A stretch of DNA of 64,000 nucleotides from Eledone cirrhosa. Its lineage: Eukaryota. The stretch lies in assembly GCA_964016885.1 (NCBI GenBank), contig OZ024740.1, forward strand, positions 195,362,001-195,426,000, written 5' to 3'. Every line of letters begins with the position of its first letter. Position 1 is the stretch's first letter. Below are positions 1 to 10,819 of this stretch, piece by piece. The position numbers and the translations under genes were made by a program. The notes under the pieces are model-generated. The model did no database searches. It saw nothing but the letters and a program-made list of their open reading frames with translations, and was not told the origin of the DNA.

Positions 1-41
1 TGAGAAAAGCCACACCATAGCTAATACCCCCATGAGACTTA

Positions 42-506
42 CCATATATACTCATATGTGACAAAAAATAAATAGATGGTAAAATGGGAGTTGGCTTATA
101 TTCAAGATCAATATTTTGCCAATATTCACCAACTTCAAATTCTACGTAAATATGGAGCTAAAATAGTTTCACTTTCAAGGGGAATATTACACCAGTTTCA
201 CTTTGGAGATGAATATTACATGATTTCACTTTGTAGGTAAAATTTGTTTTTCCTATTGCTTTGAATGAACATGGGCTTCAAAATGGTTGGAAATTGGTAA
301 AAAATATCATTATATAATGGGGTTGTAAAACAAAAACTGCACTCTAAACAACACTTAAAACATTTTAAATATCAAAATACTAAAACTTCATTAATATCTT
401 CTCCATTCATGATATTTTCAAAAGGAAGCTGTTTCAGCAGCATTTCTTAGACATAAAATAGGGGGTTAGCTTATATTCGGATCAGCTTATTCGCGAGTAT
501 ATACAG
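42..506. mobile_element. pogo/Tc2-type MITE (non-autonomous DNA transposon)
   Basis: Imperfect TIRs CCATATATACTC (42) and GAGTATATACAG (to 506), each flanked by TA (40-41, 507-508); no ORF. Confidence 0.55.
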
Positions 507-959
507 TAACAGACAGGAAGTAGATCAGACTGAAAGCTCTGGACTAAAAACAGAAATAGGTCTGATCTTAACTGCATAGGACCAATGCTAAGTCAACAAC
601 AATGCTAAGTCACAAAAAAATAAAATAAAAAAGATGTTATCACCAAATGCAAACTATGCAACAAGTGAAATACGACAGTTTACCATATCTGTTTTAGCTG
701 ACTAATCTTTGCTATGTCCAAGTATATTCTCAGACATATTAAGCCAGCAGTTATATCCACAGGGCAATATGCCAACAATTCAATGTGAAAATAAATAAAA
801 AGTTGTCTAAATATGTACCAGGTATTAACCTACTCACAATCATCTGGAATATGCAATGTCCAAATAGAAACAAGAGATCAAGGAAAACCATCTAGATATA
901 ATTGTCAACAACTGAGAAATCATTAATAGTAAAAGAAGCAATAAAGTGATGGAATTAAT

Positions 960-1105
960 AATGGTTTCTACTTTTGGCACAAGACCAATAATTTTTGAGA
1001 GAGAGGAACATTGATTACATCAACCCCAGTACATTACTAGTACTTTATTTTATCGATCCCGTAAGGATGAAAGGTAAAGCTAACCTCAGCAGGATTTGAA
1101 CTCAT
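960..1105 (-). mobile_element. SINE fragment (family also at 4876-5070 +, 23290-23430 -, 24782-24965 -, 25150-25280 -)
   Basis: Shared core GAGTTCAAATCC...TTGCCTTTCATCCTT...GGGTCGATAAAATAAAG recurs at the listed loci; B-box-like GAGTTCAAATCC. Confidence 0.6.
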
Positions 1106-1520
1106 AGTGCCAGAAGTGGGATTCAAACCCACGCTGGGAAAACCCAACTTGGTGCATCGGCTGGTGGAATCTGCTTCTTAGATGGGCACAAAACCATGAA
1201 GCTTTAGAGAAAGAAGTGGTAGTCATAGCAGGCCTGTCACCAAGGGATATGAGGGGCACTGGATGACACTAAAACAAATGAATGACCATGGGTTTTGCAC
1301 CTAGAAAGTTCCTCTTCCAGGGTGTCTTTGGGGAAAACCTATACATAACAGTCTCTTCTCTCCAAACCACTGATATTGTCTAAGACAGCTTGGCACCAGT
1401 GATGTTGCAACTCATTTCTACAGTTGAGTCAACACAATGCATCACCCAGTCCAGGAATCAATATTGCACTGTCAGATTTTGAAAATTTAGTGATATGCTT
1501 ATTCCAAATTTCAACCTTAA

Positions 1521-1726
1521 CCCTTTAGTATTTAAACTGGCCATATCTGGCCAAAATTCTCTCATTTCTTTCTTTTCAAACCGGCCATAACCAGCTGCTT
1601 ACATTAAGGTATTGTTCTCAAAATAAATAGTATCAAAATCTCATAGATTCAATATTATATGAGATAATTATGTGAGGTAAAGCCTTTATCATGAAAATAT
1701 AGTACATATAGAGTAATGCTAACGAG
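1521..1726. mobile_element. piggyBac-type MITE (~205 bp)
   Basis: TTAA|CCCTTTAGTATT ... AATGCTAACGAG|TTAA. A second copy in opposite orientation lies at ~50492-50689. Confidence 0.6.
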
Positions 1727-4700
1727 TTAAAATTACTGTGAACTAAAATGTCCACCCAGAATGCCAGAATGTTCTGAAGCCTTACACCCACCAGCTTCAC
1801 AACTGGCCTGAGTCATAGTCAAGTGAATTAAGTCATCGTCATGATTGTTGCTGCCACCACTATCATCATCATCAACATCATCCTCAAATGTTCATTTTCC
1901 CTGCTAGCAAGAGTTTTATGGATGATCACAAACCAAGTCAGTATTTAATCAGAGCCACTGATGTGCCAGGTTCTCATCTTACTCACATCTTTCTGCATAG
2001 TATAGTGTGCTGTGCATTTTACCATGGCACCAGCACTAATGAGGTCCTCATGTCTTTGACACAACTAAAGAGTCCTCTCTAACATTTGACAAAGTTTCTA
2101 TGGCTGGATGCCCTACCAACCCCTTTACAGAGTGTACTCGATGCATGTTATCATATCACCAACACCAGAAAGGTTTTTGTGCCTTTCACAAAACTGAAGA
2201 ATCCTCTCAACCCTTTTAGCATAGTTTCTGTAGCTGGATGCCCTTGGGTGGGATAGGATATGAGAGATAGGATGAGAATAAGCTGGCAAGGAGGTAGGAA
2301 GGATAAGTATGTCATTGGTAACTGAGAGTAAATGGGGGAGATAACAGTATAATGTCATGTGACCATTTTTTATGGCATCAGCACAATCACTTTACAGGGT
2401 GTACTGGGTGTGATTTATCATTTATTGATTTAATCCTCCCCAAAACATATCTATTTTTTTGAAAATAGGCCATAGGTTGGCTCTGACAAAGTATTGAAAA
2501 ATACATTGATATTTCAGATATTCTCAGTAAAGTTGGCTTATCTCATTAATCGTGTGTGTGTGTATGTGTTTATGTGAGTATATGTGCATATGTGTGTGAA
2601 TGTGAGTGTGCAGGTATGTGTGTGTGTGTGCATGTGTGTATGAATGAATGTGAGAGAGACATGGAGTGAGTGATAGATAGAAACAGAGATAGTATGTGTA
2701 TGTGCATATATGTGTGGGTCCATATGTGTATGTGCATATCTGGGAGGGGGGGGGGATTATGCAGTATCTTTTGTATTTCACTAAAGTTCAATCAGTTCTA
2801 GGTAAGGCTATGCTGCAATGGTATCACGTAGTGAGTGGCATTACAGAATTATGAACCTTTTCTGTTAATGTTGCAGAGAGATATTTATCAAGTTTACTTG
2901 CAGAGAGAAACTTGTTGATAGTATTATATCATCTCATCACAAAATCTTTCCCTTGGTGCTAAACTAAAGCTGGAACACTCCTTTTCACACCATTTCATAC
3001 TTCACAAGAATTAAATATGTTAGTATTTGGCTGATAAATTTAGTTGTGTGGTGGTGATATTTCTTTTTAATAATATATCATATATTTCTCTATCCACAAG
3101 CCAGCACAACATATACACATACATAAACACCCAAACTGATATATACACACATATGTATATTATATTTATTCAAGTATAGTATGCACTCATATATAATGCA
3201 TGTCCCTAATTATAGGCAATAAAAGCCTGGAAAAAAATATCTCTCTTTCCATAACAAATACTGGCTTTTCTTTAATATCATTTCCATCACAGCAGCAGAC
3301 CATGTTATGAAGTATGGAAAGAGGAGTATTTAATCATATTTATTATAGTTGTAGAATAAAATAGAGAATGAAATCATATTTGTATCATAACTATCTGAAT
3401 GTTACACTGAAATTGTTTATATATTCTAAACAAAATAAAAACATTTGAAAGTGACCTTTGGATTTTACTGGAGTCGGCTGTAAAGTCCACATGGTGGAAA
3501 TCACACTATAATATTTTTTCTAGAAAATCAATTTGATTTTCGATAATGATGGTGCACTTAAATAAGTATATACTCAATTTTACTATTTGGTCTATGCAGT
3601 GATGTTCATGTGACCATGTTGTCAAAGGAGAACAAATCATTTATCATTCACTAGTGAGACTAAGCAGGGTACTTTAATATATGAACCTGTTTCTTACATA
3701 ATGAAGAAGTTTCCATGCTTTATGGCATTTAAGCAAACAACATACACATCATCATCATCATTTAATGTCCACTTTCCCTGCTAGCAAGCGTTGGACAGGT
3801 CATCAAAGACTAAGTCAGTACTGAAGTGGGGCTACTGAAGTGAGGCTACTGAACTCCCAGACAGGCTGAGGGGTCAGCATCCTACTTACATAAGGTCATA
3901 CATTCTATCACATGCAGAGGAGAAGTTGTGTCATTTGACACAACTGAAGGGTCCTTCCAACCCTTTGTTTGACAAGCTTGCTATGGCTGGATACCCTTCA
4001 TATCACCAACCACTTTACAGCATGTACTGGGTGCATTTATTGTGTAGATCCCAAACACTAGGGAAGTTGTCACGCCCTTGACAGAACTGAAGGGTCCTTC
4101 CAAACATTTGTTTGGCAAACTTTCTAAGGATTGATGCCCTTCCTAACACCAACCACGTCACTGCATGTACTGGGTGCATTTCTCCTGTAGATCACCAACA
4201 TGGAAAGAGAAATTGAATGCAGTGTTGTATGCAGACGAAAATGGAAACTGGGTTGCTATTTATCATTTTAGATGCTCTGAGTTTAATATCCAACTCTGGT
4301 ACAAAAATAAGTCTTGAAGCCAAACAGAAGGTAAATCTGCAGCATTTTAGTTAAAGAAATAACTGATGAAGAAGGTGAAGGAATGCAGAATGGATGACAT
4401 TAGAGTCAGAATAACTGACATTTGTTTCAAGGTGATGAAAATCACAATGAAGATAGTAACAACACCTGACATAAACATAAACTGTGTTGACACTGATAAT
4501 GGATATAGACATATTTTATTTATAGTACAATGTTACACATACTTTTGTATGAATTTGTGTCTAGATAAAATTAAAAAAAAACAGCATCTCATTGCATCTC
4601 AAACCAATTTTATTTTCTGATTACTTCACAACAATACATGAACAAACATTTACTGTATTTAATCAGACATTCATCATTACAATATCTGATATGAACAGCT

Positions 4701-4875
4701 GTCGGTGGTGACCATTGTCTGTAAACATCATGCAACACATATCATTATTGGCACCAGCAATATGAAATTTACTTTGTTAATGCATACTTGTGAAATATAA
4801 TAAATTTAATGTATTAGCATATCATAGAAAAATATAACATCATTTATAATGATTTGAACTTATTATATATCAGTT

Positions 4876-5070
4876 GGGGCAGTGGATTGGCAGTACCAGT
4901 AGAACATCAAACACCATGCTTTGCAGCATAGAGTTGTGGCCCTTGGTGTTCTGAGTTCAAATCCCGCCAAGGTTAGCTTTGCCTTTCATCCTTATAGGGT
5001 CGATAAAATAAAGCACCAGTAATGCACTGGGGTAATTGCTGGCCTTGTGCCAAAAGTAAAAACAATTATA
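4876..5070 (+). mobile_element. tRNA-derived SINE
   Basis: Degenerate A-box (TGGCAGTACCAGT) and B-box (GAGTTCAAATCC), then the body shared with other copies in the window. Confidence 0.6.
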
Positions 5071-5246
5071 TATCAATTATCTTAGACAATAGATATAAAT
5101 TTCTTTAGACACTTGCATGCATGCATATATGTTGGACTTCCATCAGTTCTGACGATATGTGTACTAGTTGTTTGATCAATGGAAGAGCCTACTTGTGAAA
5201 TTAACATGCAAGTGGTTGAGCATTCTACAATCATGTGCACCCTTAA

Positions 5247-6338
5247 CCCTTTAGCATTCGCATTAATTTTTAAACGTCATGCTTATCTGTCCACATTATT
5301 TTGAGTTAATCATAATCAAGAGGGTTATCAATTTTATTTGTTTGTAATTTTCTTAATTTTCTATGTGCAGGCTTGAAATTTTGTCAGTAGATGTTTAAAT
5401 ATCAATAATTTACAATTATATAATTTTACCTGATTTTTTTGGTCAAATTTGACTTTTAGGGGCAGGTGAAATTAATTAATTGGAAGTATCAACCAGGTGC
5501 AAATACTGGTTTAATTTTAAATATGTTGTTTTCGGCATAATACTTGATATATAAGGATCACTAAACCTTATATCAGTGTTCCAGTAATTCCACAGTCTTG
5601 GAAATTGTTTTATACCAAACATAATACTTACAGTAAAAAATGCTTGCATTTCTGCAGCATCTGTCGGTCGCCAAACAGATCGGGTTTTCCTTGATTTGAA
5701 ATCTGTTGTTGGGCATATCGATTAATCTTTTCTGCCACAACTTTGAAGAAAGTTTGTGGTAAAAACAAAAAGAAATAATCCAGTGCTTTAGCATCGGGAG
5801 CTAATGTATGTTGTGGAACAGTATTTTGAATAAAATCGGGAACATATATTGGTGTGGTATTTTTCAACCACGTTGCTGTAATATTTTCAATGGCGCCCTG
5901 GAGACCTCCTTCGTTTTCACTTTCAAAACAACAATCATCGTCGGACGAAATTTCAGAAATATAAACATCAGATTCATTTAAAGATAAATCACTAATATTA
6001 TCTTTTGTTTCTTGTTCATTCTGAATGTCATCGTGTGTAAAATTTTCAAAGTCAGTATCGCTACTTTCATAAGCCACGTTGATACCAAAAAAAAATTTGT
6101 CGCACTTTGAAAGTTAAAAAAACACTTGTTTTTTTAAGTTGTTCCACTATATTAAGTGTTAATTTTTGTGGTAAGGGCCTAATCTCGCATCAGTCTCGAA
6201 TTGACGAGATTTTGATGATGGTTTGTTTATTTTTATAACGATTTTTTAGTGTGGGTGTTTTCGGGCGATTTCGGGCAGTTTGAACAAATGAAGGGGAAAT
6301 AATTTTGGGCGATTTCGGGCGGTTTGAACACTAAAGGG
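5247..6338 (-). mobile_element. Internally deleted piggyBac transposon
   Basis: TTAA TSDs at 5243-5246 and 6339-6342. TIRs CCCTTTAGCATTC / GAACACTAAAGGG. Subterminal direct repeat GGGCGATTTCGGGC(A/G)GTTTGAACA. ORF 5628-6077(-) has the acidic N-terminus and 'ALDYFFLFLP...INRYAQQ' segment typical of piggyBac transposases; the catalytic core is missing. Confidence 0.8.
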
Positions 6339-6991
6339 TTAATGTAGCTCTCAGAGAGATTTAGCATGAAACAGTATATATATGTAAGGATGAGCCTTTG
6401 AATTACAATTGGACTGGAGCAATGTAAAATAAAGCATCTTGCTCAAGGACACAATGTGCCACTGCAAACTGAACTAACAACCTTGAGATCGTAAGCCAAA
6501 TAGTCCTTAAACGATGTTCCTCCTACATACAAAGTGACAGTAATATAGATAACTAAAGTAGTCTATCTTGGACATTTTGTTGTAATCTAGAAACAGTAAA
6601 TAATGCACAAATGGGAATAGGGATGCTGATAAACTAATTGATGTCACAAACAATGTAGACTCTGTAGAGTTAACACAGAAGATGGGACCCACATAATACT
6701 TAGCTGTCCAAAAATGTCATCATAACACTAACTACTGATGATAAGGATTGATGCAGGGGCCAAAACACTATACAATATAAGCTGTAGAAGAATAGTCCTG
6801 CATATCTAAAAGAACATACAGTAGTATAGAGGGCATATTCACCCATAATATGAAAGAATACTGGTGGAATGTACTCATCAAAATATCTGTAAAATTTAGG
6901 CACAACAGTTCAGACATAATAATTTGGTAAAGAGAAAAGATACTGTGAGAGTAACAAAAATCATTTGTCCAACACCCATTAACATATGTTA

Positions 6992-7178
6992 GGTCATTCA
7001 TGAGTGGTACTGGTAACATGTAACCCAGTAGAACCTGTTGCATGGTTGGGTCATCAGTCACTAAACTGGCAACCTAACCAAGCTTGCTTGGTGAGGAGGG
7101 TGATTTTTGGACACCCTGCAGGATGAAAAACAAAACCTGTCAAGGAGTGAAGGAACTCAGGAGAGTCAACAGCCATCC
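6992..7178 (+). mobile_element. RTE 5'-UTR-like repeat with HDV-like ribozyme fold (copies at 49332-49518 - and, divergent, ~28060-28325 -)
   Basis: About 185 bp of clear homology between 6992-7178(+) and 49332-49518(-), both starting at GGTCA; nested pairing as described in findings. Confidence 0.5.
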
Positions 7179-7186
7179 AGTAATGT

Positions 7187-7532
7187 ATCATCATTTCATC
7201 ATCATTTCATTTTACGTCCGCTTTTCCCTGCTTGCAAGGGTGGGACGGGAACTGATTCTGGCTTGATTTCTACAGCTGGATGCCCTTCCTAACACCAACC
7301 TCATTTACAGTGAGTGCTGGGTACTTTTTTGCCGTGGCACCTCCACGACCACTTTGCAGTGGAATGATATGGACCCCAGTCCCTATCATCTCATTTCTGC
7401 AGCTGATTAAACTGGAGCAATGTGAAATAAAGTGTCTTGCTCAAGGAAACAACACATCACCCAGTCTGAGAATTGAACTCACAACCTTTTGATTGCAAGG
7501 CCAATGCTCTAACCACTAAGCCATGTGCCTCC
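7187..7532 (-). mobile_element. Tripartite SINE: tRNA head, central body, RTE-derived 3' tail ending in (GAT)n
   Basis: A-box TGGCTTAGTGG and B-box GAGTTCAATTC. The 3' end CCCACCCTTGCAAGCAGGGAAAAGCGGACGTAAAATGA matches the end of the RTE at 43500-46760. Near-identical copy at 30186-30520. Confidence 0.8.
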
Positions 7533-8204
7533 ATTGTATGTACATATATATTTTTGATATAGTTATGTAGCTAACTGCCTCAGCATGAACGTTCAAGAGC
7601 ACAGCTTCACAAAACCAGAAAGGATATGGCTTACAATTATAAGCCATTAATGGAATTGCAAAGATATGAAATAGAAATATAGTATTATAAATACATATAC
7701 ACAGGCATAGACATATAAACATATGTATGTGTACATGTATGTATGTCAAAACATGGATTCCCAAATACAATGACAAACATGCATGCTTGCAATAAAATGT
7801 GCATATGCACACACAGATGCATAAACAAACTCTTACATACACAGGTATAAAGGCAAACAGGAAAACAGTATATTCATGGACAACTGCTACAGAACCTAAA
7901 ATTTCTCTGCCAAGATCATATATTTGTATTCACACACATAATCACCATGAATCATTGGTGCACATGGTTATCTTGCTAAACATCTAAGTGGTCATCTCAA
8001 AATGGTGGAGTTTTCAGACAAAAAAAAAGGTAACCAGCTATCATGCACTTTGCAAATTCCATCTGTAAGAACAGTAAACATATGCATTTTCATTTTCTCC
8101 ACCCCTTCCCCTCAGTTTTGCATTATTATACCAAACTGTAGCTAAACAAATTTCTTGTGTAGTTGATCACACAGAATGTGTTAAACCCGCCCCAACTGGT
8201 GAAT

Positions 8205-9096
8205 ATAATGAAAAGTAAAGGTACTGATTGTCCTATGTACAACATGGTAATGCAGCACCTCATTGATGTATATAGGCATGTTGATTATGACCTTGGCTGT
8301 GTGTACATACTTGTTTCAACATGATCAATTGAGTCAGTCGTGAGTTATTGCAGTTTATGTACAGATGTGTTTATAATCTCTATTATATTTGTGATGCAAA
8401 AAAAATATTGAATAGCACGTGATCAAATTTTGTGTGAAACAACAATTCTGCCACCGAAACACTTAATTCTTTAACACAAGCTTATGGAGATGCCTCTCTG
8501 TTAAGAAGTAAGGTTTTTAAGTGGCACAAAGGTTTCAAAGAGAGCGAAGAAAATGTTGAAGTTAAACTTCATACTGGAAGACCAATCTCAACAACAAAAG
8601 AAGAAGATTTGGAAGTGGTGGAAGCAGTGATGACGCAAGATCACTGATTAAATGTTAGGATGTTTGCAGAAGAAACGAGCTTGAATAAAAATGCAGTGAC
8701 CAGAATTTTAACAGACCATTTGCACATGCAAAAAGTTTGTGCAAAACACAACATTTCAATTGGAGAATTTCTGGTGAAGAAAAACATTCCTACTCTTCCA
8801 CATCCTCGCTACAGCTCAGATCTAGCTCCATGTGATTTCTACTTCTTCCCTAAGTTGAAATTGAAGGTAAAGGGTCTTCAGTTTGGGGCTGTAGAAAACA
8901 TACAAAAAATTGTAACTGACAAGCTAAGGACACTCAAAGAAAATGAGATCCGGTACTGCTATGGTCAATGAAAAAAATGATGGAACCACTGTGTGACTTC
9001 CCAAGGGTCATATTTTGAAGAAGATAACTTGTTATTTCATATAGGTATACATTTAAATAAAACATCAGTTCCCTTACTTTTGTGACAAACCTCGTA
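8205..9096 (+). mobile_element. Degenerate mariner transposon
   Basis: ORF 8660-8971 contains PHPRYSSDLAPCDFYFFPKLK (mariner YSPDLAPxD motif). Right TIR ...CCCTTACTTTTGTGACAAACCTCG|TA; partial left TIR AAAAGTAAAGGTACTGAT at 8211. Confidence 0.8.
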
Positions 9097-9268
9097 TCAT
9101 TGTAAACAGAAGTCATCTATCTTCAATATCTAATGCAGAAGTTATCACATAGGATACTAGAAATGCAAGATCAGATATCAGTTCAAAAACCTACTAGATC
9201 GAACTAATCCATGTTTTCAGCAGTCTGCAAAGAAAGTTTTTAAAATGCTGAAATAAAAAACTACTTAC

Positions 9269-9368
9269 ATGATATCATTTCTCAAATGTTAAGACACATG
9301 TGAATCCAAAGACTCAGTTTGCAGTGACACAACAGTTTTTTTTTATTAAAAATATTACTTTGACAAAT
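9269..9368 (-). pseudogene. Candidate third exon of unknown host gene; the continuing frame hits TGA
   Basis: Acceptor atttttctgtAG and donor GTAAGT, 104-bp intron from the previous exon. Translation ICQSNIFNKKKLLCHCKLSLWIHMCLNI*. Confidence 0.3.
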
Positions 9369-9472
9369 CTACAGAAAAATATATATTTAGTATGAAATCC
9401 ATAACATGCTGACAGCTCAAAGCTTTCATTAAAGAAACTTTGAGCAGAAAAGTTCAAAAATCAAGCACCTAC

Positions 9473-9631
9473 CTTTGCATTGTCAGTTGGTGCTTTAAAT
9501 GCAGAATGTAAATGATTCATCAGTTTGTCACCCTGCATCTCAATCAAGTTTACAACTGGAGCTGCCGTAGCACTGATTTGTGTAGATGACACTTCAGATG
9601 AATCAATAAAAGGCTGCATGTCTAAGTTTAG
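9473..9631 (-). CDS. Candidate internal coding exon (53 aa, phase 0/0) of an unidentified host gene
   Basis: Polypyrimidine acceptor tttctctttcctatttgttttctAG, donor AAG|GTAGGT, and a stop-free 159-bp frame LNLDMQPFIDSSEVSSTQISATAAPVVNLIEMQGDKLMNHLHSAFKAPTDNAK. Confidence 0.55.
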
Positions 9632-10287
9632 CTAGAAAACAAATAGGAAAGAGAAATTATCATCATTACTCTCCCTCCTGACAAAATAAAAAATAGTTTT
9701 TAAAATAATTAGGATTGTGGTTGAATTTTATAAAACAATTAACATATATCCATACAGTGTTTTAAACATTTAAAAAAATACATATAATTATGAGTGAGAT
9801 TCTTTTAATTTTTAACAAGAGGTTCCTAATTTAACTTTTAACGACCAACAATTATTGAGCAGAAAATGTCTAAGAATGGGTTTGTTTATTCAAATGTTTA
9901 TACTGTATTCACTTTTAGACAGATTGTTTGGAAAATTGGCAGAATTATGTGAAAGACTGTTTTTTAATGAGATATAGTCATTTGTGCTAAAAAAATAATA
10001 CTGTGTATGTGTAAGCTTTCATTAATGTAATTAATGATATAATTAAAAGAACATGAGCACTGAAAAAAATATGATGTAAAGAAAAATGTTAATAATTAAT
10101 TAATAGGCAGTTATGAATACATCCCCAAATATCTCCAAAAGCAAAATATTATTATCTGTTATTAATTCATCATCAAATAAATCATCAATATTTGTCATCT
10201 TTGAAAGAATGTTTAGCAGCAATTTAAAAAATATCAGAATAAAGTCCAGAGGGGAAAAATTGATCAAATTTAATAAAATTCACTCAC

Positions 10288-10373
10288 ATGTGGATTGAAT
10301 TTCAATATGAAACTAAAAACAATGATGGAAGACCATTTAAAGTTTTCTCCCTTGCAATGGAGCTCTTTACTTT
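10288..10373 (-). CDS. Candidate internal coding exon (86 bp, phase 1/0), frame-compatible with 9473-9631
   Basis: Acceptor tttattttatAG, donor CAT|GTGAGT; open frame xSKELHCKGENFKWSSIIVFSFILKFNPH. Confidence 0.45.
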
Positions 10374-10665
10374 CTATAAAATAAATGTAAATTATTAATG
10401 CCAGTTTGTGCTTTTCAAATTTCCTTACTGAATTGTGTTATACAGGATATTAAGAATTGGATATGAACACTTTAAAACAGGCAGTTCTGTATCATAGAAG
10501 CAAAAATGGTTTTAGGCAGGTAAATATCAAAGTAGTTAATCTCAAAACTACAGATCTGGTCAATTAATACTTTATCCTATTGGCTATTTCACCACTACAA
10601 TAGATTGGAGTCTATAGACTACATTCAGGTTGATCTGTACTCTACTGTCTAAGACATGTCCCTCA

Positions 10666-10741
<76 letters not shown>

Positions 10742-10819
10742 TATAATGTATGTGTATATGTGTGTACGTGTGTCATGTATATAAATGTATATATATATAT
10801 ATGTATATGTATATATTAA

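Noticed and set aside
2524-2791. His/Thr- and Tyr/Ile-rich ORFs here and at 17.6, 30.0, 40.7, 41.5 and 48.1 kb
   Set aside because: Translations of (CA)n and (TA)n microsatellites.
6507-6990. Hydrophobic minus-strand ORFs as a membrane-protein gene
   Set aside because: Short, split across frames, with no recognisable motif or splice support.
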